DNA of 64,000 nucleotides from a bacterium (GTDB lineage: Bacteria > Zhuqueibacterota > Zhuqueibacteria > Oceanimicrobiales > Oceanimicrobiaceae). Positions 40,897-50,636 of this stretch are shown piece after piece. The translations under genes were made by a program, and so were the position numbers. Every line of letters starts with the position of its first letter. Positions within the stretch are counted from its first letter, which is position 1. Under the pieces are notes generated by a model. The model was not told the origin of the DNA and searched no databases. It was given only the letters and a program-made list of their open reading frames with translations. The stretch is from the NCBI GenBank assembly GCA_037446635.1, contig JBBIIG010000004.1, forward strand, positions 44,186 through 108,185, written 5' to 3'.

Positions 40897-43800
40897 TTAT
40901 TTTGTTAAAACCAATTTTCTCGTGGCCGCAAAACCCTCGGCGTCCAAACGGTAGAGATACACGCCGCTGGCTACTTTCACGCCGTGGGCGTCGGCGCCGT
41001 CCCACACTACCGAGTGGCGTCCGGCCGCAACCGGTCCGGAATACAGCACGCGGATGAGTTGGCCTTTGAGGTTATAAATTCCCAACGCCACCGCGCCGGC
41101 TTTCGGCGTCGAAAAATGAATGGTGGTGCTGGGGTTGAATGGATTGGGATAATTTTGTTCTAAAATAAAATCCGAAGGCGCAGACGTCAACGAGCCTTCG
41201 TCGGGTTCGCTTTGGGAGTTATTTTCTCCCAAACCGTTTTTAGCCGAAACGGTTGCGCTTCCAAAAAAGCTCTCGAGCGTCACCTGCACGTCCTCGCCGA
41301 CGATCACGTCCTTGCCCCAAAACGCGCCGGTCGCATCCGTGTTTTGCCGCAGCCAGAGTGTGCCGTTTGGAACGTAAAAATTAGCAACTACTGTATTATT
41401 AATTCCGATTTGAGCGGCTTTGGGAGTCGCGCCCAAATTGCCGCTGCTGCCGTTGACGCCAGCCACGTAGAAAATAATATCCGAGGCCGCGACGCCGGCG
41501 CCCGTTTGCGGCCCAATGTACGCCTTCAAATCCGAATCGAACTTATCGGCGATGCGCAGCTCGCAGGCGGCGGCAAACAGAAGCTGGCTGTTGTCGCGCG
41601 AATCGATGGAGCGAATGTTGTAAATGCCGCCGGTAAAAAGGATTTTTCCTTTCGCTCGCACCACGATGTCGCGGTAATCGCCGGCGGCCAGTGAAATGGA
41701 GTCGTCCTGAGCGACTTCGATATCCTGCGCCCCGGGCGCGGCGGATTGGAATGGCGGCAGCGCGGACAGAATTGGCAAAGACAGCGGCGAATTCAGCGCG
41801 CCGGTGATCGCGCCGTTGTTGGTGAGCTGATTGTAAAACACGTCGCTGGCCACCGTCGCCCCCTGTTTGACTTTGATGCGGTGGGCTTTGAGATCGAACC
41901 CCGCCGCAGTGGCGACGCTCTGCCCCACCGACAGCTCAACCTGTGAATCCAGCACCGGGCCGGGGCTGGCGTCGTTGACCAGCACATTGCCGGAAAGAAT
42001 ATCCGCGCCCTGTTTCAACCAAACGCTGTTGGTAGCGAACACCACCGTGTTGCCCACCGCCGGATCGACCGGCTCGACGCCGTTGCCGGTGAGGGCGGCG
42101 TCCAGCGGATTTTCATCCGGGTCGTCGCTGGCGATGCGCAGGGTGGCGGTTTTCGCACCGGCCGTCGCGGGATTAAAACTCACTTCGATGTTTCGGCTCT
42201 GAGCCGGTGTGAGGGTGAACGCGCCGCCGCCGCTGTCAATTGAAAATTCGGAGGCGTTCGTCCCCACCAACGTCGTCGCGGTGACATGCAAGTCAGCCAG
42301 ACCTTCGTTGGTCACGACAAACGTTTGCGAGGCGCTGCCGCCAACGGTCACGTTGCCGTAATCATGTGAAGCCGGCGCCGCGCCAATGTCCGGCAACTCA
42401 ACTTCAAAGGCCGTGATGAGCGAAATGCCGCCCACCGAATAATTGCCGCTGCCGTTGTTGGTGGTGAGATTGAACGGCGTCGAGCCGCCGCGCGACGCCG
42501 GCCGCTTGGCGGAAAACGTAAAATTGGTTCCCGACGGCGCAAAGGTGACACTGGCCGCCTCTGCCATCGTCTGCGAGCTTTGATCGAAAACGGCCAGCCG
42601 TAGAGGGTCGCCATTCAGCAAGCCGCCTTTGGCTTCGCCGGAATTGCTGCCGCCCAACACCTCGATGATCAAATCGTGCACGCCGTCCCAGCGGAAGCTT
42701 TGGCCGATTCTTCCTAATCCAACAGCATCAGAACCGCTGGTGTGCAAAATGGCGATTTCGTCGCCGGGCTGAATCGGCGCGCCGTTGATCGTGAAATTGT
42801 TGACATCGCCGGCGCGCAAAACCAGGTAGTGCAGTTTTGCGCCCACGTGATTTCCGAGAGTGAAGGAACTCGCCGGTTCTTCCGGCGGCCGCGGGTAGAG
42901 TCCGGTCGGGGCGAACCAGGCGTAGTTGCGCGGACCGCTTTTGTAGAGCGCTCGGCCATCGCCGAAAACTTGCGAGGACTGAAACAAGAAGGCGTCGGAA
43001 TAATCGCGTACCTCGCTGTTGGCCCAGCCGCTGGGGGAGTCGAGGAAAAATTCGTAGGTGTTGTTGGGATCGTCGTTCAGCATCAGCATCGCGCCGTCGC
43101 GGCCCGTGCCGGTGCCATTGCGGCGCAGGGCGAATAAATCATCGCCAATGACGCCCTGTGGAGAAAACGGATTGAGGTTGGCGACGGGTGTGGTGCCGCC
43201 CACGGCCGTTGCGCTGCGCAGCGCCATCTGCCATTTGATTTCTTCGTCGAGATGATACCAGTACCAGTCCTTCCAAAAAACCGAAGGCCGGCCCTCAGCG
43301 GCCATGATGTAAGCATAGGCGATATGTTTGTCGAAGATCACCGGGTCGTGGCCGCCGTCGGTGAATAACTCCAAACAGGTGTTGCCAATCTGGAGATTTC
43401 CGCCGGGACAAGTGACGACGCGCCAGCCGATGCGATCGGTGTCGTGGTTTTCAACAAAAGTCACAATGTCTTCGCCCGCGAGGGCGCCGCCGGGGTTCAG
43501 CCGCAAACCGGTGAAGTTCAGATTCCACATATCGAACCCGCCGCCGGTGTTGTTGCAGAGATCGCGCAGCGCGAAGCGCAAATTAAAATCGAAGATGGCG
43601 AAGTTGGCGTCTTTGCTGCCGGTGCCAAACGTGGAGACGAAGCGCTCGACGTCGTCGTGGTAAAACTTCAGCGCGCCTAAATTGCCGTCGAAAAATTCCC
43701 CCACCGCGAAGGGCTGCGGCCCGTTGGCCAGCTCCACCAAAAACGGCGCGAGAAATCCCGGCTCGATGTGCTTCACCGCATCCAAGCGGAGTTCATCAAA

Positions 43801-44532
43801 GCCCACCTCGGCGATGAGCCAGCGGCCCCACACCACCAGCGAATCGCCCATCGCACCCAAATTGTGCGGCCCGAAAAACCAGCCGTTGCTCGGCGCGCCA
43901 GGATCGAGAATGTTGTTGATGTGATTGAAATAACAAACGTCTTCGAAAAAGATGCGGTTGTGGTAGGGGTCGCTCAAATTGCAGTGGCCGGAAAGTGAAG
44001 TGGGATGAAAATGCGAGGAGTCCGCCGGCAGCCGTTCGCTGAGCGGCTGGAAGTCGGTGAAGCGCAACTGCCGGCCGTCGCCGTCGTCGCAGTCTTCAAG
44101 CTGCTGCGCCTCGGCGCCGCCGCGATGATTGAGCACCACGTCGGCCATCGCTTTCAGCCCGGCGTTGTGCAGCGCGGCAATCAAGGCATCGAGCTGCGCA
44201 CGGCTGCCGTGGCGGGTGCGGATGGTTCCCTTTTGGTTGAACTCGCCGAGATCAAAATAATCGTAGGTGCCGTAACCCATGTCGTGCACGCCGGCAAAAC
44301 CTTTGGTGGCCGGGGGCGTCCACACGGTTTGAAAACCGGCCCCCGCCAGCTCGCTGGCCGCGGCGGCCAGTGAGTCCCACCACACGCCCTGATTGCTGGT
44401 GATATCACCGGGGTTGGAATTCCAATAAAACCCCTGCAGGATGGCATCGGAATTTTGTGCCAGCCCAACCGCGGGCAGGAACAGCAGCGCAAAAATCAAC
44501 AACGATGATTTCTTGCTAGCGGCGCCTTTCAT
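40897..44532 (-). CDS. Secreted modular GH13 alpha-amylase with Ig-like domain, beta-rich domain and T9SS/FlgD-like C-terminus
   Basis: DVVLNH, LRLDAVKH, VGEFF, FVENHDT catalytic regions; DYGNV...FNP...SDDPDE Ig-like module; LEQNYPNPFNP. Confidence 0.9.
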   Translation of the reverse strand: MKGAASKKSSLLIFALLFLPAVGLAQNSDAILQGFYWNSNPGDITSNQGVWWDSLAAAASELAGAGFQTVWTPPATKGFAGVHDMGYGTYDYFDLGEFNQKGTIRTRHGSRAQLDALIAALHNAGLKAMADVVLNHRGGAEAQQLEDCDDGDGRQLRFTDFQPLSERLPADSSHFHPTSLSGHCNLSDPYHNRIFFEDVCYFNHINNILDPGAPSNGWFFGPHNLGAMGDSLVVWGRWLIAEVGFDELRLDAVKHIEPGFLAPFLVELANGPQPFAVGEFFDGNLGALKFYHDDVERFVSTFGTGSKDANFAIFDFNLRFALRDLCNNTGGGFDMWNLNFTGLRLNPGGALAGEDIVTFVENHDTDRIGWRVVTCPGGNLQIGNTCLELFTDGGHDPVIFDKHIAYAYIMAAEGRPSVFWKDWYWYHLDEEIKWQMALRSATAVGGTTPVANLNPFSPQGVIGDDLFALRRNGTGTGRDGAMLMLNDDPNNTYEFFLDSPSGWANSEVRDYSDAFLFQSSQVFGDGRALYKSGPRNYAWFAPTGLYPRPPEEPASSFTLGNHVGAKLHYLVLRAGDVNNFTINGAPIQPGDEIAILHTSGSDAVGLGRIGQSFRWDGVHDLIIEVLGGSNSGEAKGGLLNGDPLRLAVFDQSSQTMAEAASVTFAPSGTNFTFSAKRPASRGGSTPFNLTTNNGSGNYSVGGISLITAFEVELPDIGAAPASHDYGNVTVGGSASQTFVVTNEGLADLHVTATTLVGTNASEFSIDSGGGAFTLTPAQSRNIEVSFNPATAGAKTATLRIASDDPDENPLDAALTGNGVEPVDPAVGNTVVFATNSVWLKQGADILSGNVLVNDASPGPVLDSQVELSVGQSVATAAGFDLKAHRIKVKQGATVASDVFYNQLTNNGAITGALNSPLSLPILSALPPFQSAAPGAQDIEVAQDDSISLAAGDYRDIVVRAKGKILFTGGIYNIRSIDSRDNSQLLFAAACELRIADKFDSDLKAYIGPQTGAGVAASDIIFYVAGVNGSSGNLGATPKAAQIGINNTVVANFYVPNGTLWLRQNTDATGAFWGKDVIVGEDVQVTLESFFGSATVSAKNGLGENNSQSEPDEGSLTSAPSDFILEQNYPNPFNPSTTIHFSTPKAGAVALGIYNLKGQLIRVLYSGPVAAGRHSVVWDGADAHGVKVASGVYLYRLDAEGFAATRKLVLTK

Positions 44533-44625
44533 AAATGAACCCTCCGTGTTCTGGTGATTAAATAGGATTGAAAATTGGCTTTTGAAATTTATTTGTAATT
44601 TGATGCTTGTTATTTTGAATTTGCA

Positions 44626-44721
44626 CTAAAGTGCCGTCACCATCTCCGCAATATCCTTCACCGCCACTTCGTCTTCTTTGCCTTTCCTCTTGCGGGCGTC
44701 ATTGAGCATGTTGTGCAGAAG
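44626..44721 (-). pseudogene. Diverged duplicate of the 3' end of the Fe-S oxidoreductase gene
   Basis: Translates as NMLNDARKRKGKEDEVAVKDIAEMVTAL*, versus IMLDDARKMKGKEDEVAVRDIAELVAEAL* at 45195-45294. Confidence 0.88.
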
Positions 44722-44725
44722 CTTC

Positions 44726-44944
44726 TCACGCAGAAATCTCGTGTGAAACCACCGGCATTTTGTTGATAATGAGTTGATCCAGTATCAATTTTTTGCTGGC
44801 GTTGTCAATATCGATACCAACCAAATTTCCATCGGCATCGTAGTCTAAAACAACGCCTTCGGAAATTTCTCGACTCTCTGCGCTGACTTTATCAGCAAGG
44901 TCAATGTATAATGAATCGGTTTCGGGATAATATGACAGTTTCAT
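44726..44944 (-). CDS. DUF2283-like putative antitoxin
   Basis: YYPETDSLYIDL...EISEGVVLDYDADGNLVGIDI. Confidence 0.85.
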   Translation of the reverse strand: MKLSYYPETDSLYIDLADKVSAESREISEGVVLDYDADGNLVGIDIDNASKKLILDQLIINKMPVVSHEISA

Positions 44945-44947
44945 GGC

Positions 44948-45181
44948 TTAAAACCTTGATCTGGATACATTGTGAATGGTTGTTTTATCTTCAAGTGTTA
45001 CAACTCGAAGATAGCGATTGTCTAATTCTTGAATTTGGCCCCAAAATCTATAACGATTACCCTCCTGCGGTTCCATTCGTATTGACTTTTTTACAACACG
45101 AATACACCATTCCTTTTTAAGATAAGGTCGTTTTCGCAAAACTTCATTTTCAAAATACTGTGTGAATTTGTATTTTGCCAT
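44948..45181 (-). CDS. Putative toxin (RelE-fold/DUF4258-like), C-terminus possibly frameshifted
   Basis: Small basic low-GC ORF paired with DUF2283; RYRFWG...YLRVVTLED.TTIHN. Confidence 0.65.
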   Translation of the reverse strand: MAKYKFTQYFENEVLRKRPYLKKEWCIRVVKKSIRMEPQEGNRYRFWGQIQELDNRYLRVVTLEDKTTIHNVSRSRF

Positions 45182-45194
45182 TTTTTTCTCAGAG

Positions 45195-47216
45195 CTACAA
45201 CGCCTCCGCCACCAACTCCGCAATATCCCTCACCGCCACTTCATCCTCTTTGCCTTTCATCTTGCGAGCATCGTCCAGCATAATGTTGCAGAAGGGACAG
45301 GCGGTCGCGGCCACCTCCGCACCGGAGGCTTCCACGTCGCCGAAGCGCACGAGGTTGACGCGCTTGTCCGGCTCCTCGTCCATCCACATGATGCCGCCGC
45401 CGGCACCGCAGCACAGTCCTTTGGCGCGATTGCGCTGCATCTCCACAAATTCGCCGGAGGCCACCGAATTCACCACCGACCGCGGGGCGTTGTAAATGCC
45501 GTTGTGGCGGCCGAGATAGCAAGCGTCGTGGTACGTCACTTTTTTGCTGAGATTTTTTTGCGGCTTAATTTTGCCGGACGCAATCAGCTCCGAAATAAAC
45601 TCCGAATGATGCAGCACTTCGAAATTGCCATCGAACTGCTTGTACTCATTTCCCAACGTGTTGAAGCAGTGCGGACAAGTAGTAATAATCTTTTTGAACT
45701 TGTACTTTTTCAGCGTCTCGATGTTGTTCTGCGCCATCATTTGAAATAAGTACTCCTGTCCCAGCCGCCGCGCCGAGTCGCCAGTGCAGCTTTCTTCGAG
45801 ACCGAGAATGGCGAAGTCCACGCCGGCGGTTTGCAGAATTTTCACCAGCGAGCGCGCCACACTTTGATTCTTGGTATCCAAAGCGGCGGCGCATCCCACC
45901 CAATAGAGATACTCCGCTTCCTTCTTTTCGCTCATCACCGGCACATTCAAGCCCTCGCACCACTTCAAGCGATTCTGATGCGGCAGTCCCCACGGATTGC
46001 CGATGTTTTCCATGTTCTCCAAAGTCTTCGCCACTTCGGCGGAAACCTTTCCCTGATCCATTGTCAAGTGGCGGCGCATGTCCTGCAAATCATCCACGTG
46101 CTCGATGAACACCGGACAATTTTCCACGCAGCCGAGACAGGTGGTGCACGCCCAAATCACTTCCTCCGAAATCACCTCGCCGACGAGTTGTTTGCCATTA
46201 GGGGGTTCTTTGCCGGCGACGAGATGCGGCCCGACTTCGTTGAGGTACGCTTTCAAATCGTGAATCAGCATCGCGGGATTGAGCGCTTTGCCGGAATGAT
46301 ACGCCGGACAATTTTCCTGGCAGCGGCCGCACTCGGTGCAGGCGTAGAGATCGAGAAGCTGTGGCCAGGTGAAATCCTGAATTTTGCCGACGCCCAACGA
46401 GACGCCCTCTGCTTCGAAATCCACCTTTTCAAAATCGATCTTTTTGAGCACGCCGCGTTTGCGGTCTTTGGGATTCCGCCGCAACAGAATATTTGGAAAC
46501 GCGCCCAACAAATGCACGTGCTTTGAGTGTGGAATGTAAGCGAGAAAAGTGAGAATGATGAAATTATGAATCCACCACGCCAGGTGATATCCGAACGGCA
46601 GGATTCCGTTGGTGGAAGTTGAAACAAACGTGGCGAACAAATTCGACACCGGCGTGAAGCCCGCCAACTCACCTTCAGTTTTGATGAGATAGCCGTGAGT
46701 GAAGAACATCGAGATCATGAGCGTGAGAATCATGCCGAGGATCAGCGCTGCGTCGAATTTGCCGTGCGCCGAACCACGCAATTTGCTGAGCCGATCCGGA
46801 CGAACGATGAACCCGCGAATCATCGCAATCACGATGGCCACGATCACCGAAAATCCCAGCAGGTCAAACGCCGTTTTCAAAAACGCTTCGATGGGATGAC
46901 CGAGAATTTGTCCCCAATGAAAATGCGGATTGTAGCCGCGCGCGAACATTTCGATGGTAGCGAGTCCCAAAATTAGAAATCCCCAGAAGATGAAAAAGTG
47001 TCCCCAGCCGGACGGCTCGCGCACGACGGACATCTGCCCAAAAAAATCTTTCAGCACGGATTGAATGCGCCAGCCCCAATCGCCGATGGGATCATACGAG
47101 GGTTTGCCGAGGCGGATGAAACGATAGATGCGAAACACGCTGAACAGGAAAAATCCAACCGAGGCGAAGATCAAAATCGTCAACACAATTTGTTGAAGTT
47201 GCATAAGCGAGTCCAT
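45195..47216 (-). CDS. Membrane-bound Fe-S oxidoreductase (HdrD/GlpC/FadF-like: TM domain, 2x[4Fe-4S], two CCG domains)
   Basis: CTECGRCQENCP, CTTCLGCVENCP, CPHC, HDACYLGR, CCGAGGG, ACPFC. Confidence 0.92.
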   Translation of the reverse strand: MDSLMQLQQIVLTILIFASVGFFLFSVFRIYRFIRLGKPSYDPIGDWGWRIQSVLKDFFGQMSVVREPSGWGHFFIFWGFLILGLATIEMFARGYNPHFHWGQILGHPIEAFLKTAFDLLGFSVIVAIVIAMIRGFIVRPDRLSKLRGSAHGKFDAALILGMILTLMISMFFTHGYLIKTEGELAGFTPVSNLFATFVSTSTNGILPFGYHLAWWIHNFIILTFLAYIPHSKHVHLLGAFPNILLRRNPKDRKRGVLKKIDFEKVDFEAEGVSLGVGKIQDFTWPQLLDLYACTECGRCQENCPAYHSGKALNPAMLIHDLKAYLNEVGPHLVAGKEPPNGKQLVGEVISEEVIWACTTCLGCVENCPVFIEHVDDLQDMRRHLTMDQGKVSAEVAKTLENMENIGNPWGLPHQNRLKWCEGLNVPVMSEKKEAEYLYWVGCAAALDTKNQSVARSLVKILQTAGVDFAILGLEESCTGDSARRLGQEYLFQMMAQNNIETLKKYKFKKIITTCPHCFNTLGNEYKQFDGNFEVLHHSEFISELIASGKIKPQKNLSKKVTYHDACYLGRHNGIYNAPRSVVNSVASGEFVEMQRNRAKGLCCGAGGGIMWMDEEPDKRVNLVRFGDVEASGAEVAATACPFCNIMLDDARKMKGKEDEVAVRDIAELVAEAL

Positions 47217-47349
47217 TCATTTTGGTTGAATCATAAAACAAAATAGCGCCCGTCTTTATAAAAAAGCCAAGCGCTACAGGTCACCGTTTCTCTTCAGTCT
47301 TTAGAAAGCTTTGGGATAATCTGTTTCGCCAATGTCGCATTTAACTTTG

Positions 47350-48075
47350 TTAGGCGCGATCAAAGGTCTCCTTGATGACCGCGGCCAGATCGGTGAGTAA
47401 CCGATCCGCCTGGCCGATATAGGATGAGCCGTGCATGGTGGCCAATGTCTCTGGCTTGAGTTCGGCCAACGCGCGCAGGACGGTTTCCGTCTGGCGTGTG
47501 TATGGCATGTAGCCGGCCAACGGCCCTTGCTGCATCTGTTGCATCGCTTTCCGCGTCGGCTCGATCAGGTCAGACGTGGTCGTCGGTTCAACATTGCCGA
47601 AGTGATGAAAGAGATCGGAACAGAACAGGGTCTTGCGCGTCTCCTCGAACAGCACCCCCGCGTCCCAGCCGTGTGGAATATGCGGTGACCGGTAAAAGCG
47701 ATAGCGATATTTGCCCGTGCTGAGGACATCATCGGGGCCCATGCCGCGCGCCGGGCGAATGGAAAAATCGTCGACGTTCACGATTTTTCCGACGAGGGTG
47801 CAGACAGGTTGAGCTTGCGGCGCGAGTTGCAGCCAGTCGTTGAGCGCGCCGCATTCATCGGATTCAAAGTGACTCCACGCGATGTGCCGAATTTTGGCGG
47901 GATCAATCAGTTTCGCTACGGCCTCGCGCAAGGCGGGAAACATCCCTCTTAACCCGGTGTGAAACAGCAGCGGCTCTTCGTCGCGCACGAGGAAATGATT
48001 GAACTGCATGTCCAAATCGCGAACGTAAACTGAGATTCGAAAAAGATCCGGGGCGATTTCGTTGATCGCGGTCAT
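47350..48075 (-). CDS. Metallo-beta-lactamase-fold (flavodiiron-like) protein
   Basis: [37 protein letters not shown]. Confidence 0.85.
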   Translation of the reverse strand: MTAINEIAPDLFRISVYVRDLDMQFNHFLVRDEEPLLFHTGLRGMFPALREAVAKLIDPAKIRHIAWSHFESDECGALNDWLQLAPQAQPVCTLVGKIVNVDDFSIRPARGMGPDDVLSTGKYRYRFYRSPHIPHGWDAGVLFEETRKTLFCSDLFHHFGNVEPTTTSDLIEPTRKAMQQMQQGPLAGYMPYTRQTETVLRALAELKPETLATMHGSSYIGQADRLLTDLAAVIKETFDRA

Positions 48076-48150
48076 GCGGGACCTCCTAACTTCTTGATTA
48101 AGTTTCTGCGTTTCAATGAGCGACCATTTCTTCAACCGTGCCCATTCAGA

Positions 48151-49398
48151 TTAACGATCGATGCAACCCAAGACGATATCCAGGCTGCCGATGATGATCA
48201 CCAGATCCGCGATCATCGCGCCGCGGGAAATGTCATCGATGACGCTGATGTTGGAGAAACACGGCGAGCGCCCTTTGACGCGATAGGGCACGTCCGTGCC
48301 GTCGCTGCGGATGAGATAGCCCAATTCGCCGCGCGGGGTTTCGGTGCGCACATAAGCCTCAGCGCCGGCTTCCGGTCGAATGCGCCGCGGGATCGCCGAT
48401 TTTGAATCCTGACGTTTGAACGGCTCGATTAACTCCAACGCCTGCCGAATGATTTTGAGGGACTGATTGATCTCTTCGATGCGTACGAGATAGCGATCGA
48501 GTACGGAGCCAACGGGACCGAATTCGCCTTTGCCGACCGGCACATCGAATTCCAATTTATCATAAAACGAGTACGGCTCGTCTTTGCGGATGTCCCACTT
48601 CACGCCGGAGCCACGCAGTACGGGACCCGTGCAGCCGTAGCTGATGGCCACGTCCGCCGGCAAAACCCCAACGTTCGCCGTGCGCTCAATGAAAATGTGA
48701 TTGGCCGTCAGCAGCTTGTTGAACTCCACCATGCGCGGCTCGAAGTAATCGCAGAACTCGCGAATTTTCTCCAGCCAGCCTTCGGGCATCTCGCGGGCGA
48801 CGCCGCCGACCCAAATGTAATTGTAAAGCATGCGCGCACCGGAAATCCATTCCAACAAATCGAGGATTTTTTCGCGGTCACGGAAGGCCCACAGAAACGG
48901 GGTGAAGGCGCCGACGTCCAATCCAAACGTGCCAATGGCTACGAGGTGGCTCGCGATACGATTCAGCTCACAACAAAGAATGCGCAGGTACTGGACTTTC
49001 TCCGGCAACTCCTTCAGTCCAATTAACTTTTCGACCGCGAGCGCATACGCCATGTCCTGATTCATCGACGCGAGATAATCCATGCGATCGCAGAACGGGA
49101 TGACTTCGTTATAGCCAATATTCTCCGCGTGCTTTTCAAAATTGCGATGGAGATAGCCGATGTGCGGGGTGACTTTCTTCACCACCTCGCCATCGAGCAC
49201 CAGTTCCAGTCGCAGCACGCCGTGAGTGCTGGGATGCTGCGGCCCCATGTTGACCACCATCTCGTCGCCTTTGTAGGACTCGATTTCGAGCTTCTTCATC
49301 GCTTCGTCGTAGTAGCGGCCAGCGCTGTGATCCATATCCACAACGATGGCGCCTTCGTCTTCGAAGAGGTAGCGTTTCTTTTTAAAGATTCCGAGCAT
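48151..49398 (-). CDS. nuoD: NADH-quinone oxidoreductase subunit D (second copy, unfused)
   Basis: NMGPQHPSTHGVLRL, GYLHR, DRMDY, ETPRGE; no Ni-binding CxxC. Confidence 0.93.
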   Translation of the reverse strand: MLGIFKKKRYLFEDEGAIVVDMDHSAGRYYDEAMKKLEIESYKGDEMVVNMGPQHPSTHGVLRLELVLDGEVVKKVTPHIGYLHRNFEKHAENIGYNEVIPFCDRMDYLASMNQDMAYALAVEKLIGLKELPEKVQYLRILCCELNRIASHLVAIGTFGLDVGAFTPFLWAFRDREKILDLLEWISGARMLYNYIWVGGVAREMPEGWLEKIREFCDYFEPRMVEFNKLLTANHIFIERTANVGVLPADVAISYGCTGPVLRGSGVKWDIRKDEPYSFYDKLEFDVPVGKGEFGPVGSVLDRYLVRIEEINQSLKIIRQALELIEPFKRQDSKSAIPRRIRPEAGAEAYVRTETPRGELGYLIRSDGTDVPYRVKGRSPCFSNISVIDDISRGAMIADLVIIIGSLDIVLGCIDR

Positions 49399-49478
49399 GT
49401 GGGTTCCTTGTACTATTTGAGGATTGGAATTGCACTATTCTTTTGTGTTCTTACTTAGAGGAGGCACCATCAAACCGG

Positions 49479-49733
49479 TCAAGAGGTTTTGATCTTCAAC
49501 TTCTTTTCAAGATCATCAATGGAAACAGTTGATTTTTCTTTGGACCTTTCCTCTAAAAACTTCATAAACTTATCGCTAGCACCGAGCATGGCTACTTCCT
49601 TTTCAAAAGCATCCGCTTCTTCGAGAATGTACTGATGACCATCGTCCGACAAGATCAGCAGCGATTCTGAGTCAGCCAGCCGCAACAATTCATTTATTTT
49701 GACCTTCCGCTGTCTCAAATCTATCGTTTTCAT
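49479..49733 (-). CDS. Putative antitoxin
   Basis: Small low-GC ORF overlapping the RelE-like toxin stop (ATGA). Confidence 0.65.
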   Translation of the reverse strand: MKTIDLRQRKVKINELLRLADSESLLILSDDGHQYILEEADAFEKEVAMLGASDKFMKFLEERSKEKSTVSIDDLEKKLKIKTS

Positions 49734-50020
49734 AACTCAACTCTTTCTTCTCGAATATAGAGGTCGTTGTGCACCTTCAAACCAACAGCAGTAATTTTTA
49801 CCGAATTCGTTTTCAACTCATAAAAGACTCTATAATCTCCGATCCTTAATTCCCAAGGAGCTAACGGATTTGGTCTTAGTTTCTTCTTTCTTTTGGACTC
49901 GCTAGCCGCATCGTCGGACAGATATTGTCGAATTCCACTTAGAATGATCTTCTGTTCACGCTTCTTGAAATAGTCAATGTCTTTTTCTGCGCTGGAAGTA
50001 AACTCAGTCCGAAATGTCAT
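49730..50020 (-). CDS. RelE/ParE family toxin
   Basis: EFTSSAEKDI...KKLRPNP...WELRIGDYRVFY. Confidence 0.85.
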   Translation of the reverse strand: MTFRTEFTSSAEKDIDYFKKREQKIILSGIRQYLSDDAASESKRKKKLRPNPLAPWELRIGDYRVFYELKTNSVKITAVGLKVHNDLYIREERVEL

Positions 50021-50046
50021 TTATTCGAGCCACCCATATTAAGGAC

Positions 50047-50634
50047 CTATTTACTGGCCACAATCTCCCTCTCTCTAACCGGCCGCGGCTTCTCCCCTGC
50101 CGCCTTTTTCGCCGCCAACGCCGCCTCTTTGGCTATCGCTTTTTCCATTTCCTCTTTTTGATCGCGATGCAGCAGCGCCTTGGCTTCGGCCACTGTATAT
50201 TTCGCAAAATGATAAATGCCGTTCTCGCGGCTGAACACCGCGTTCTCGTATTCGTCCGTCATGTACAGACACTCGGTCGGACAGACGGTCGTGCAGAAAT
50301 CGCAATAGCAGCATTTGAACATGTCAATGTCAAAGCGCACCACGTGCTGGCGAATGGGATTGCCCATCGAGGCCTTGCCCAAGTCTTCTTCCGGCAGCGC
50401 CTTCACCGTGTCGATGTAAATGCACTGCACCGGACAAATGCGCGCGCATTTATAGCAGCCGATACAATCGTCGATGTTGTTGAACAAGATGCCGCGGGCG
50501 TTGGCCGGCAATTGCCATTTTTCGTCCGGGTATTGCAACGTGATGGCGGGGCGAAACATGACTTTCCAAGTTTGCGCCATGCCGATGAGAATGGTAACGA
50601 TGCCGCGATAAATGTTTTTGAAGTACGTTCCCAT
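50047..50634 (-). CDS. nuoI: NADH-quinone oxidoreductase subunit I (second copy)
   Basis: TLQYP, CIGCYKCARICP, CCYCDFCTTVCP. Confidence 0.88.
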   Translation of the reverse strand: MGTYFKNIYRGIVTILIGMAQTWKVMFRPAITLQYPDEKWQLPANARGILFNNIDDCIGCYKCARICPVQCIYIDTVKALPEEDLGKASMGNPIRQHVVRFDIDMFKCCYCDFCTTVCPTECLYMTDEYENAVFSRENGIYHFAKYTVAEAKALLHRDQKEEMEKAIAKEAALAAKKAAGEKPRPVREREIVASK

Positions 50635-50636
50635 GA

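Noticed and set aside
27695..47260. TATAAAGAC(GGG) recurring in three intergenic regions
   Set aside because: Short, non-palindromic, inconsistent in orientation and found post hoc
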